DNA from: Candidatus Porifericomitaceae bacterium
Lineage (GTDB): Bacteria > Pseudomonadota > Gammaproteobacteria > Porifericomitales > Porifericomitaceae
Assembly (NCBI GenBank): GCA_965212005.1
Contig: OZ243038.1
Span: forward strand, 1,601,440 to 1,665,439
Length of the DNA: 64,000 nucleotides
Direction: 5' to 3'
The notes beneath the pieces were generated by a model. The model was not told where the DNA came from, did not search any database, and saw nothing but the letters and a program-made list of their open reading frames with translations. Below, piece after piece: positions 40,412 through 49,956 of this stretch. A program made the translations under genes and the position numbers. The first letter of the stretch is position 1; each line of letters begins with the position of its first letter.

Positions 40412-42052
40412 ATGTCGACCGTATCCGCATTCATTCCCTACACTAAAGTGGGAGCAGAACGCTGGTCCTGGCTGTTGCTGCTGCCCCTGGTCTTGTTGTC
40501 TCTGCCGATCCTGGTCATCGTCGGCTCCGCCCTGGCTCCCTGGATGCCTGAACCCTGGACTCACCTGTGGCGCACCGTGCTGGCAGAATACGTCAGCAAC
40601 TCGCTGTGGCTTGGCCTGGGTGTAGTCTGCGGCACGCTGGCATTGGGCGTCCTGCCTGCCTGGCTGGTTACCATGTGCCGCTTCCCCGGATGCCGCTGGT
40701 GGGGGATGCTGCTGGCCCTGCCGCTGGCATTTCCCGCCTACATCCTGGCTTATGTCTATACCGGCCTGCTGGACGGAATTGGGCCGCTGCCCGGGCTGGC
40801 GCTGGTGGAGAACGTGCCCGGCATTCGTTCACTGACCGGGGCCACGCTGGTGTTGTCCCTGGCTTTGTATCCCTATGTTTATCTTTTGTCCCGGGCCGCG
40901 TTCAACGAACAATCGTACTGTGCCCTGGAAGCGGCGCGAACCCTGGGCTGCAGCGGCGTCCAGGCCTTCCTGCGCGTAGGGCTGCCGTTGGCAAAACCAG
41001 CGATCGTGGCAGGAGTATTGCTGGCACTGATGGAGACGCTGGCCGATTATGGCACCGTGCAGCATTTCAGCCTGGCAGTCTTTACCACTGGGATCTTCCG
41101 CATCTGGAACGGTATGGGGGACAGCGTCACTGCGGCCCAGATGTCTTTCCTTCTGCTCAGTTTTGTGATCCTGCTGTTTTTTCTTGAACGCGGATCGAGA
41201 CAACGGGCGCGCTACTATACTGCGGGTCGCCATCGTCCTTTGCCGACGGTGCCGCTGCGCGGCTGGGCGGGCTGGTCTGCCTGCTGCGTGTGCGCACTGC
41301 CGGTGCTGTGCGGATTTCTGCTGCCCTGTGCGGTACTGTTGCTGTGGGCCGCACGTTCCTTCCGCGAACAATTGGGCGCAGAGCTGCTAGGTGCGCTGTT
41401 GAACAGTTTACTGTTGGCGCTGATCACTTCGGTACTGGCCCTGGTGCTGGCGGCATCCGTATATATGGGACGCCGTCTTCAGGGCGGAGCGGTCGCACGT
41501 TTCTCCCTGTTGGCGGTCCGTTTCGGTTACGCCGTGCCGGGCACGGTGGTTGCGGTAGGCCTGCTGATCCCGGTGCTTTGGCTGGACAGCCTGTTGGCAG
41601 AATCGTGGGGATGGCTGACCGGGGCTTCCTTGCCGTTACTGTTGGTCGGCAGCCTGCCGGTATTGATTTTCGCCTACTTGGTGCGCTTCCTGACGGTGTC
41701 CCTGAATACCCTGGAGGCTAGCATGGACAAGATCGGCCCTTCGTTAGGAGAGGCGGGCCGTTGCCTGGGGCTGCGCCCGCCGCAGGTTTTTCGCCGAATT
41801 TACCTGCCCCTGATGCAGAGCGGGCTACTGGCCGCGTTACTGCTGGTTTTCGTGGAGGTGTTGAAAGAGCTTCCTGCCACTTTGCTGCTGCGGCCTTTCG
41901 ATTTCAGCACCTTGGCCCTGCGCACGTATGAATTGGCCAATGAAGAGCGGCTGATCGACGCTGCCTGCCCGGCGCTTGCGATCGTCTTGATTAGCCTGGT
42001 TCCGATCCTGTTGCTGAGCCACTCCATCGAACATGTTCGACCGAGAAGCTAA
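40412..42052 (+). CDS. fbpB: iron(III) ABC transporter permease (fused duplicated 6+6 TM)
   Basis: 546 aa with ~12 TM helices; two EAA-like permease loops. Confidence 0.8.
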   Translation: MSTVSAFIPYTKVGAERWSWLLLLPLVLLSLPILVIVGSALAPWMPEPWTHLWRTVLAEYVSNSLWLGLGVVCGTLALGVLPAWLVTMCRFPGCRWWGMLLALPLAFPAYILAYVYTGLLDGIGPLPGLALVENVPGIRSLTGATLVLSLALYPYVYLLSRAAFNEQSYCALEAARTLGCSGVQAFLRVGLPLAKPAIVAGVLLALMETLADYGTVQHFSLAVFTTGIFRIWNGMGDSVTAAQMSFLLLSFVILLFFLERGSRQRARYYTAGRHRPLPTVPLRGWAGWSACCVCALPVLCGFLLPCAVLLLWAARSFREQLGAELLGALLNSLLLALITSVLALVLAASVYMGRRLQGGAVARFSLLAVRFGYAVPGTVVAVGLLIPVLWLDSLLAESWGWLTGASLPLLLVGSLPVLIFAYLVRFLTVSLNTLEASMDKIGPSLGEAGRCLGLRPPQVFRRIYLPLMQSGLLAALLLVFVEVLKELPATLLLRPFDFSTLALRTYELANEERLIDAACPALAIVLISLVPILLLSHSIEHVRPRS

Positions 42053-43148
42053 TCCGGCGCTTGAGCTGAACGGGCTCAGCTTGCGCTATGGCAGGCAGGT
42101 GGTCATCCGCGACCTGAGCCTTACGCTCTCCTGCGGTGAAATCGGCTGTGTGCTGGGTGCCAGCGGGTGCGGCAAAACAACGCTGTTGCGGGCCATTGCG
42201 GGCTTGGAGCGACCCTGCCAGGGCCAGGTCCGGCTGCACCGGCAGCTCCTGAGCGGGGACGACCATTTGGTTGCCCCGGAGCGCCGGGGCATTGGCATGG
42301 TGTTTCAGGACTGTGCGCTGTTCCCTCATCTGCGGGTGGACGAGAACATCGTCTTCGGCATCAACGCCGGCGCGCAGCAGCAGCGCCGGCGCCTGGAGGA
42401 GTTGGCTGTCATGCTGGGTCTGCAGCCGCTGCTGCACAAGTATCCCCACCAGATTTCCGGCGGGCAGCAGCAGCGGGTGGCCCTGGCCCGGGCCATTGCG
42501 CCAGGACCGGTGCTTTTATTGTTGGATGAACCCCTCAGCAGCCTGGACCCGGAATTGCAGGAGCACCTGGCCCATGAACTGTGCGCCTTGCTTAAGCACG
42601 AGGGGATCACCGCGCTGATGGCCAGCCACAATCAGCAAGAGGTATTTGCCATGACCGATCGTTTGGGCGTGATCCGGGACGGCCAACTGCTGCAATGGGG
42701 CACGCCCTTCCAAGTGTATCATCGCCCCGAGCACATCTACGTGGCTGACTTTGTCGGTGAGGGCAGTCTGTTACCGGGCCGCGTGCTGGACGCCAGCCGG
42801 GTGCAGACCTCGCTAGGCACCATCGCTGATGACAAGCCGCACGGCTTTCCGGTTGGCGCGGCGGTGCGTGTGCTGATTCGGCCGGATGACGTGCTGCATG
42901 AAGATCACAGCGAGTTAAAGGCAATCGTCGTAGACAAGGTTTTCCGCGGCGCTACTTTCCTCTACACGCTCGCCTTGGACAATGGCGATCAAGTATACAG
43001 CCTGATACCAAGCCATCACGATCACGCACTGAACGAACCCATCGGCATCCGCCTGGAGATAGATCACCTGGTGGTGTTCCCGGCGGCCGATCCCCCGGTT
43101 TCTCCGAGCGCCGCCGAGGGTGTGCCGACCGCACCGGAGGGAGCATAG
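42033..43148 (+). CDS. fbpC: iron(III) ABC transporter ATP-binding protein
   Basis: Walker A GASGCGKTT, signature ISGGQQQRVALARA, Walker B LLLDEPLSSLD; C-terminal TOBE-like domain. Confidence 0.9.
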   Translation: MFDREANPALELNGLSLRYGRQVVIRDLSLTLSCGEIGCVLGASGCGKTTLLRAIAGLERPCQGQVRLHRQLLSGDDHLVAPERRGIGMVFQDCALFPHLRVDENIVFGINAGAQQQRRRLEELAVMLGLQPLLHKYPHQISGGQQQRVALARAIAPGPVLLLLDEPLSSLDPELQEHLAHELCALLKHEGITALMASHNQQEVFAMTDRLGVIRDGQLLQWGTPFQVYHRPEHIYVADFVGEGSLLPGRVLDASRVQTSLGTIADDKPHGFPVGAAVRVLIRPDDVLHEDHSELKAIVVDKVFRGATFLYTLALDNGDQVYSLIPSHHDHALNEPIGIRLEIDHLVVFPAADPPVSPSAAEGVPTAPEGA

Positions 43149-43485
43149 CCCGCAGGGTCGCGGAAATCACTGCCGCCGGCGCCGATGCCAGATCCGGTAT
43201 AACGCGGTGGGAAAGTCGGCAGGACCCCCTGAGTACAGATATGAGAGAATAGAAACCCGTATACGGAGCTGCGAAGGTGTAAGGGCTCCCGTTCCTGCAG
43301 GGCTGCGGCGGCACGGTACGCGTTGCCGCGCTCGGCAACGGACGAGGTATGGAACGCCGGAGAGCAGCAATCCTTAATTTACGTTCCGGTCCGGATCTGC
43401 TCTGGATGAATGATCCAGGGACCTGAACGCATCAGAACTGCGTGCCGCGCAGTTAGAAGTTATCGCAACTGGAGAGGTAGACAAT

Positions 43486-43983
43486 ATGGCAACCGTTACT
43501 TTGCATGGAACTGAGATACATACCAATGGGGAGCTTCCCCGGGTGGGTGTTCAGGCGCCGGAGTTTCATTTGGTGGACAAGGACTTAAAAGACGTCTCAT
43601 TGAAGGATTACACGGGCAAGAAGGTGCTGAGCGTGGTGCCCAGCCTGGATACCCCGGTGTGTGCGACCTCCGCTCGTAGATTCAACCAGGAAGCTGCCTC
43701 CCTGTCACAGGTTCAGGTGCTGGTAATCTCTGCCGATTTGCCTTTTGCGATGGGTCGCTTTTGCCAGGCCGAAGGGCTCTCCCACGTGATCCCGCTGTCG
43801 ATGATGCGCTCACGCCAATTCGCCGAGGACTACGGTGTGCTGATCGTGGATGGAGCATTGCGGGGGATCAGCGCCCGGGCGCTGCTGGTGCTGGACGAGT
43901 CCAACCGCGTGATATTTTCCCAACTGGTCCCGGAGATCGGCGATGAACCGGATTACGCCGAGGCGCTGAAGGCTCTTGCCTGA
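43486..43983 (+). CDS. tpx: thiol peroxidase (atypical 2-Cys peroxiredoxin)
   Basis: 165 aa; peroxidatic Cys motif SLDTPVCATS; MATVTLHG N-terminus. Confidence 0.95.
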   Translation: MATVTLHGTEIHTNGELPRVGVQAPEFHLVDKDLKDVSLKDYTGKKVLSVVPSLDTPVCATSARRFNQEAASLSQVQVLVISADLPFAMGRFCQAEGLSHVIPLSMMRSRQFAEDYGVLIVDGALRGISARALLVLDESNRVIFSQLVPEIGDEPDYAEALKALA

Positions 43984-44356
43984 TCGCAAGGGGGCGAAGC
44001 TGGATGGGAGGGGGCACGGCGTCCGTCTGTATAAGGCGCTGCGCTATTCCGGGCAGGGACTGCATGCCGCCTGGATGCGGGAAGTTTCTTTCCGCCTGGA
44101 AATCTGGTTTTCGCTCGCGATACTGCCGCTCGCCTTTCTGCTGGGCGGGACCGGCACAGAGAAAGCGCTGCTGGCCGGTTCGTGGCTACTGGTTCCTATT
44201 GCCGAACTTTTCAATTCGGGCTTGGAGATTATCGTGGATCTCTATCAGCCGGATCCGCATCCGCTCGCAGGGCAAGCCAAGGACATCGGCTCTGCGGCCG
44301 TGTTTCTGGCTCTATTGTGCTGTGTGTTGACCTGGTGCCTGGTCCTGCTCTTTTAG
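43976..44356 (+). CDS. dgkA: diacylglycerol kinase
   Basis: ~120 aa, 3 TM; RLYKALRYSGQGLHAAW and ELFNSGLEIIVD motifs of DgkA. Confidence 0.85.
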   Translation: MPDRKGAKLDGRGHGVRLYKALRYSGQGLHAAWMREVSFRLEIWFSLAILPLAFLLGGTGTEKALLAGSWLLVPIAELFNSGLEIIVDLYQPDPHPLAGQAKDIGSAAVFLALLCCVLTWCLVLLF

Positions 44357-45157
44357 GTTCTTTGCGTCCGCTTCCCCGGTACCGCAAACCAGGCATCCGG
44401 GATCCCGGGGCAGGCGAACGATTTGCAAGTCCATACGTAACGCATCGACGAGCAGCAATCGCCCCCTAAGCGGCTGCCCGATCCCCAGCAGCACCTTCAG
44501 AGCCTCCATGGCTTGCAGGGCGCCGACGATCCCGAGCAAGGGAGCGGCTACCCCGATGGCGTCGCAGGTCTCCCGCGTATCCTCATGTGTCGCGTCGTAC
44601 AGGCAGTGGTAGCAAGGACAGCATTCATCCCGCGGATCGAACACGCTGAGCTGCCCCTCAAAGCGAATGGCGGCCCCATAGACTAAAGGCGTGTTGAGTT
44701 TCCTGCAGACACGGTTGATCGCAAAGCGGCTGGCGAAGCTGTCGGTGGCATCGATCACCACATCGGCGCGACCCACCTCGGATTCCAGCTCCGGGTCGGG
44801 GAAACGCCGGGAAATGGGGCGCAGGCGCACCTCAGGGTTTAACTGCTCCAAGTGCGCCCGGGCGGAGTCGGTCTTGCGGGCGCCGACGTCAGCGGTGCGG
44901 TGTAGAATCTGCCTTTGCAGGTTGGATAGCTCTACCCGGTCCGCATCCGCCAGCACCATCTCGCCCACGCCCGCGGTGGCCAGGTAGATGGCGGCGGGGG
45001 AGCCCAGGCCGCCGAGCCCGATGAGCAGCACCCGGCTTTCTGCCAGCCGCAGTTGGCCCTGCAGGTCGATCTCCGGCAGCATGATTTGACGACTGTAGCG
45101 GAGCAGTTGTTGATCATCCATTGAAGGCTGCGCCGGAGTAGTCTGTTTTCTCTTCAC
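44312..45157 (-). CDS. moeB: molybdopterin-synthase adenylyltransferase MoeB/ThiF family (E1-like)
   Basis: RQIMLPEIDLQGQ ... LLIGLGGLGSPAAIYLATAGVG nucleotide-binding motif; CxxC...CxxC zinc site. Confidence 0.85.
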   Translation of the reverse strand: MKRKQTTPAQPSMDDQQLLRYSRQIMLPEIDLQGQLRLAESRVLLIGLGGLGSPAAIYLATAGVGEMVLADADRVELSNLQRQILHRTADVGARKTDSARAHLEQLNPEVRLRPISRRFPDPELESEVGRADVVIDATDSFASRFAINRVCRKLNTPLVYGAAIRFEGQLSVFDPRDECCPCYHCLYDATHEDTRETCDAIGVAAPLLGIVGALQAMEALKVLLGIGQPLRGRLLLVDALRMDLQIVRLPRDPGCLVCGTGEADAKNLKEQDQAPGQHTAQ

Positions 45158-45345
45158 CTGTGATTCCTCTCTTTAGGGGGTGGGCATAAGCCCTCGCCCT
45201 GCAGCTGACCGGCGAGGGTGCGGGGTGGACGTCTGCGCCGGGACGCGGACGCTCCCTGTCCCCACTATTGTGCATCTTACGGCCCAATTCGCCGCCTCGC
45301 CAGGCCGTGCGTTCATTTGCGCCCGTGCGGACCCGTCCATCAACT

Positions 45346-46200
45346 GCCGCGTGCGGCGGTCTCTCCTGCCCGCCCTCGTGCCGGGACCGGTGACGTTTAC
45401 TCTGATCGGTCGGTCCGCACCCCGGTCATGAAGGGGCAGCAGCGCGCCGGCGCTTGCGTCCTGTTGGCCGGGAGCCGGGGTCGCCGCATGGCTCCGATTG
45501 TCTATTTGGCGTTGGTTCGTTCCAGGTGCCGTTTCCACTGCGGGCTCTGTTGATCCGCGTGCGGCGGTCTCTCCTGCCCGCCCTCGTGCCGGGACCGGTG
45601 ACGTTTACTCTGATCGGTCGGTCTGCCCCCCGGTGATGAAGGGGCATCGGCGGTCCGTCGCATGAGCTCTGTTTGCCGGGAGCCGGGACCGCCGCATGGC
45701 TCCGCTTGTCTATTTGGCGTTGGTTCGTTTCCAGTGCCATTTCCACTGCGGACTCTGTCAATCCGCGTGCGGCGGTCTCTCCTGCCCGCCCTGGCGCAGG
45801 GTCCGGTGACGTTTACTCTGATCGGTCATTCCGCCCCCCGGTGATGAAGGGGCATCGGCGGTCCGTCGGCTTGCGCTCTGTTGGCCGGGGTCCGGGCACG
45901 CCGCATGGCTCCGCTTGTCTATTTGGCGTTGGTTCGTTCCAGGTGCCGTTTCCACTGCGGACTCTGTCGATCCGCGTGCGGCGGTCTCTCCTGCCAGCCC
46001 TGGCGCAGGGTCCGGTGACAGTTACTCTGATCGGTCGGTCCGCCCCCCGGTCATGAAGGGACAGCGGCGGTCCGTCGGCTTGCGCTCTGTTGGCCGGGAG
46101 CCGGGAATGCTGCCTGCATCCGCTTGTCTATTTAGCGTTGCCGCGTTTCAAGTGCCGTTTCCACTGCGGACTCCGTCGATCCGCGTGCTGCGGGGGTTGG
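45346..46200. repeat. tandem array of ~208-bp repeat, about 4.2 copies, noncoding
   Basis: Unit begins ccgcgtgcggcggtctctcctgcccgccct... at 45346, 45555, 45763, 45971 and (degenerate) 46181; copies ~90% identical; ORF-track fragments in several frames and both strands are repeat artefacts. Confidence 0.9.
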
Positions 46201-46688
46201 CAACGGATATAGGCCGAATGCAGGTAGCCGGCCCAACTGGGAACGTTGCTAAGCTGCTCCTGCAGGTTCTGCTCGATCAGCCTGCGCCAGCGGTACCGGA
46301 ACCGGTCGCAATACGGGTAGCCAAGCCGCAGCCCGGCATCGGCACAGCGCAATCGGATTTGCCTGAAGTTTGTTTTACGCAAGTCATAACGCAGTTTGAT
46401 CTCGGTTGAGACGGGAAAGGAATATTCCTCCAAGCCCTCGATCTGCGCCAAAATCTGGGCCGGATCCGTCTTTGGCGCACGGGGGTCTGCAGCGCTGATC
46501 CGCACCTGCAGGCAACGCATCATGACGAGGAAGCGCCACCGTCGAAACCGCCTTTGACGGTGCCTTGCTTCGGGGCCTCCTGCTCGCCGATCGGCGGACA
46601 GGAAGCCCCGATCACTCTCTGGGGTCGCGAAAGAGCCCGCATCGGTTTGTCTGTTGATGCAACGGGGCCAGGCCGATCGAATCGGCAT
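46128..46688 (-). CDS. hypothetical protein downstream of prmC (3' end overlaps the degenerate terminal repeat copy)
   Basis: 186-aa ORF, Arg-rich, no recognised domain; tandem with prmC (18-bp gap). Confidence 0.3.
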   Translation of the reverse strand: MPIRSAWPRCINRQTDAGSFATPESDRGFLSADRRAGGPEARHRQRRFRRWRFLVMMRCLQVRISAADPRAPKTDPAQILAQIEGLEEYSFPVSTEIKLRYDLRKTNFRQIRLRCADAGLRLGYPYCDRFRYRWRRLIEQNLQEQLSNVPSWAGYLHSAYIRCQPPQHADRRSPQWKRHLKRGNAK

Positions 46689-46705
46689 TCAGCAAGAACC
46701 ACCGC

Positions 46706-47590
46706 TCAGTCTCCCGGCGCCTGAGCGGCACTGACGCGTTCCCACCCGGCCAGATCGCGATCCGTGCGGATATTCCGGTAGCTGTGTTGCTTCATCCACC
46801 CGCGCAGCGCCGCTCCCTGGCTTCCGTCGTGCTCCAGCAGCAGCCATCCGCCCGGCTTAAGCAGCGGCAGACTATCCGCGATGAGGGCGCGCAAGGAATC
46901 CAGGCCGTCCCTCCCTCCGTCCAGGGCCAGCCGTGGTTCAAAACGCAGGTCTGCCTGTTGCAGACTGACGTCTTCACTGCGCACGTACGGCGGATTGCTC
47001 AGGATCAAATCGAAGCGTTGTCCCCGCAGCGGCTGCAGCCAGTCGCCTTGCCGGAACTGTACCGCAACGGTCGGCAGCAGCCGGCGCAGGTTCCGGCGTG
47101 CCACCCGCAGTGCCTCAGAACAGAGGTCAGTGGCCAGAATGCGGGCCTGCGGGCGCTCCTTGGCCAGCGCCGCCGCGACCGCCCCGCAACCGGTGCCGGG
47201 TTCTGCAATGCGCCAGGGAGCCTCGATGGGCAGCAGCTCCAGTGCCCGCTCCACCAGCAACTCGGTTTCCGGTCGCGGGATCAGCGTATGTCGGTTCACT
47301 TCAAAGCGGAGCGACCAGAATTCACGTTCCCCCAGCAGGTAGGCGATCGGCCAGCCTGCTGCCCGGCGCCGCACCAGGGTCCAGTAGTGATCGGCCCGGG
47401 CCGGCGCGACCCGCTTCTCAGGATGCGCGTAGAGTTCGGTACGGCGCCATCCCAGCTCCCGCCCCAGCAACAACTCTGCCTCCAATCTCGCTACCGTGGT
47501 CCCGGCGGCCAATGCCGTACTCCCCAGCGCAAGCAGCCGGGCCACTGTATGAGCAGGGGCGGCGGACAGGCTACGGTCTACAGAATTCAC
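46706..47590 (-). CDS. prmC: peptide chain release factor N5-glutamine methyltransferase
   Basis: 294 aa; NPPY motif (LILSNPPYV); SAM-binding GTGCGAVAAAL. Confidence 0.9.
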   Translation of the reverse strand: MNSVDRSLSAAPAHTVARLLALGSTALAAGTTVARLEAELLLGRELGWRRTELYAHPEKRVAPARADHYWTLVRRRAAGWPIAYLLGEREFWSLRFEVNRHTLIPRPETELLVERALELLPIEAPWRIAEPGTGCGAVAAALAKERPQARILATDLCSEALRVARRNLRRLLPTVAVQFRQGDWLQPLRGQRFDLILSNPPYVRSEDVSLQQADLRFEPRLALDGGRDGLDSLRALIADSLPLLKPGGWLLLEHDGSQGAALRGWMKQHSYRNIRTDRDLAGWERVSAAQAPGD

Positions 47591-47776
47591 CTAAGGAACC
47601 TCTGGTCAATTCGTAAAAACATGGGGGTCAAGGTAAAACGTTCTTTGATGATTGAGCTATGGGGTATTGTCGCCGATTTTCACTCGGCTAAAACAGCCCT
47701 TTCCTCACCGTATCCGGGACTTTTCTTCCCCCGCTGACGTTTTTCAGGCGCAACCTGCTTGCAATGTCAGCCGCTT

Positions 47777-48100
47777 TCACCTCGGCAACCGGCTCCTGGC
47801 CATCACCCGATGACTCAACGCACAGGCCACAACCAGGCGATGCGCATTCTTATTCAGTCTCCGGTAGCGCACTTTGGAGAAGCCAACCCGGTGCTTGATA
47901 ATGCCAAACTGAGGTTCCACCTTGGCCCGGCCCCGGGATTTGTTCCGGTTTCGGGAACGCGCCTGGTCCGGCAACAGTCGGTTTCTACGGCCCTTTGCCG
48001 GTATGAAATCCTTTGCGCGCAGAGCACAAGCGGTGATGGCTTCCTTCCGCCCCGTATAGGCGGAATCATCCCAGACCCGGGTCTCCCTTCCGTATAGGAC
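47777..48100 (-). pseudogene. IS5-family transposase, C-terminal fragment (N-terminally truncated)
   Basis: GRAKVEPQFGIIKHRVGFSKVRYRRLNKNAHRLVVACAL matches the IS5 DDE C-terminal block (VEHxFGxxKRxFGFxKVRYRGLAKN). Confidence 0.6.
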
Positions 48101-48196
48101 AAATATTTTTAATAGGATAAAACCGTTGAACGCAAAGGGGATAACGGTTATCTTGCTGCTGGCAACTGCGATCCTTTGGCCTTGGAGAAAACGCAA

Positions 48197-48667
48197 ATGA
48201 AGCTATACAAATTACCTCTCCTGTTCATCCTGGCCTACTCCTCTTCCCTATGGGCCGAAGGAGGACGTCACGAGCCCCAGGCCACTGAAGTCAAGGTAAG
48301 CCTTGGCACTGCTGCCGGGGAAATAAAATTTGTGCCGGATACCCTTTCCTTTGAACGAGGCAAATACTACAAACTCGTGCTGCATAACCCCAGCTCGGAG
48401 GAGCATTACTTTACATCAGATGCTTTTTCGACCCATATCTTTACCAGGAAGGTTGAAGTCACGGATAAATCCGGCAAGACCATCGCGGAAATACACGGCG
48501 CTGTTAACGACATTGAACTTAAACCCGGCGCAACCGTTGAATGGTTTTTTTATCCCATGACAAAGGGGAAAAACCTGCGGCTGTATTGCCATAAAACCGA
48601 CCATGAAGAACAAGGCATGGTAGGCACCATCAACATAAGCGGCGACTTGTCTGCTGTCGGAAGATAG
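48197..48667 (+). CDS. cupredoxin-like (type-1 blue copper) periplasmic protein
   Basis: Signal peptide MKLYKLPLLFILAYSSSLWA; ligand pattern His (LVLHNPS) ... C-x2-H-x4-M (YCHKTDHEEQGM). Confidence 0.65.
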   Translation: MKLYKLPLLFILAYSSSLWAEGGRHEPQATEVKVSLGTAAGEIKFVPDTLSFERGKYYKLVLHNPSSEEHYFTSDAFSTHIFTRKVEVTDKSGKTIAEIHGAVNDIELKPGATVEWFFYPMTKGKNLRLYCHKTDHEEQGMVGTINISGDLSAVGR

Positions 48668-48868
48668 AAAGGTACGACTACCCAGTTCAATCGGTTATCG
48701 GGCACCGACCGCGTGTTCGAAGCAAGGGCTGCAGGATAAGATATTTTTATCTCTTTTTGAATGGCTGCCCAACAAGGGGAAGGTCACTTTAACGACCACA
48801 CGCTCCCATAGTCAACGTCGGAGTAGGTCATTGAGGCATGGATCATCAATCCTAGCATCCGGTGCCTA

Positions 48869-48885
48869 ATCATCCAGACTCGAAT
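48869..48885. repeat. 17-bp perfect direct repeat atcatccagactcgaat, copy 1 (partner 49996-50012), bracketing mrr
   Basis: Exact 17-mer found twice, 1127 bp apart, immediately downstream and ~160 bp upstream of mrr. Confidence 0.7.
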
Positions 48886-48890
48886 TTAGA

Positions 48891-49835
48891 TCAACTCTGG
48901 TCAAAGAAGTCTCCATCAATCGTTTTCACTTCATAGGTGTCGCGAACTTGCACACCGACGTTGTGCTTGTACATCAAATCGACCAATTTATCCCCGTCAA
49001 TGAGGATTATTGAGTAGGCCGCTTGACGCGCTTTTTTCAGTGCGTTATCACGAAAATCGGAAGTCGTGACAAAAATACCTTTGTTAGTGTCGCCGCTCAT
49101 TGCGCCAATAAAATCGCGAATGTCTTTTTCACTAACATTGGTGTCCTTATAGCGTTTTGCCTGTATGTAGATTTTCTCAAGGCCAAGTTCATCTGAGTTG
49201 ATTACCCCATCGATGCCGCCGTCCCAGGATTTTGGAGTTTCAATGAAATCTCCATAGCCCATTTTCTTCAGGAGTTGCAGGATAACGCTTTCAAAATAAG
49301 AAGGATCGGTTTTATGTAATTCTTCAAGAAGATCTCTTTTGGTTTGCTCTTCTATTGTAGACAGGCCAGCATCAATTAAATCCTGTGGGGATGCCTTTCC
49401 CAGATTTACTTCTTCCTGTGGGGATGCCTCTCCCAGATTTACTTCTTTTGGATCATTCACTTTGTCTGCTTTCTTTTTTGTTTTTCGGCTGGCAACGTGC
49501 GCCAAATAATCAGGATCATCTAATAAACTTTTGTATGTTATCCTTGTTGGCAAAGAAGATTTCCCTTTTTCTGTTATTTGTATCATCCCCCGTGAAGGAG
49601 AACTCAGAAAATTTGCCATCTTTAGATAAGATATGCCCCATCTGATGCGGTCATTCAATCTATTGGCACCGGAGCTTGTTATTTCTCTGAGTACGCTCTC
49701 TGGGAGTTCAGAATAATAGTTATCACGAACTTGAAGAATCAAATCGCGTGTACTCCATTCTTGCCTATCTTTCAGGGTTTTTTTCAGGGTTTTCAGGATA
49801 GGTGTATATGTTTGGTGGTGTTTGGGTAATTCCAT
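48891..49835 (-). CDS. mrr: Mrr-family restriction endonuclease (Mrr_N winged helix plus Mrr_cat)
   Basis: 314 aa; C-terminal SWDGGIDGVINSDELGLEKIYIQAKRY (D-(E)xK catalytic core of Mrr); low GC. Confidence 0.8.
   Translation of the reverse strand: MELPKHHQTYTPILKTLKKTLKDRQEWSTRDLILQVRDNYYSELPESVLREITSSGANRLNDRIRWGISYLKMANFLSSPSRGMIQITEKGKSSLPTRITYKSLLDDPDYLAHVASRKTKKKADKVNDPKEVNLGEASPQEEVNLGKASPQDLIDAGLSTIEEQTKRDLLEELHKTDPSYFESVILQLLKKMGYGDFIETPKSWDGGIDGVINSDELGLEKIYIQAKRYKDTNVSEKDIRDFIGAMSGDTNKGIFVTTSDFRDNALKKARQAAYSIILIDGDKLVDLMYKHNVGVQVRDTYEVKTIDGDFFDQS
49381..49446. repeat. in-frame 33-bp tandem duplication inside mrr linker
   Basis: cctgtggggatgcctttcccagatttacttctt x2 (1 mismatch) giving the duplicated peptide EVNLG(E/K)ASPQE. 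Confidence 0.85.
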
Positions 49836-49956
49836 GATAGTGGTCTCCAGTTAAGTTTTCTGGTGAGAAGGAATTTGGCTGACGCATTAGAAATGAGAAG
49901 TGGATCCCATTCTCAGGATAGCCTGGTAGCGATGTTAAGGTATAGCCGGTTCATAG

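Noticed and set aside
40829-41371. 180-aa minus-strand ORF, and other GC-frame ORFs over fbpB/fbpC (e.g. 42167-42529, 42326-42631)
   Set aside because: Overlap the well-supported iron ABC permease/ATPase genes in other frames or on the other strand; typical high-GC spurious ORFs.
45173-46056. Multiple 60-130-aa ORFs with repeated peptide sequences (e.g. 45454-45636, 45662-45844)
   Set aside because: They are translations of successive copies of the 208-bp repeat in different frames on both strands; no consistent reading frame across copies.
45346-46200. Possible CRISPR array
   Set aside because: The repeat unit is ~208 bp with no unique spacers between copies (the entire unit repeats), so it is a tandem satellite-like repeat; no cas genes are in the window.
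46784-47737. 317-aa plus-strand ORF
   Set aside because: Antisense to prmC, whose NPPY motif and SAM-binding motif identify the real coding strand.
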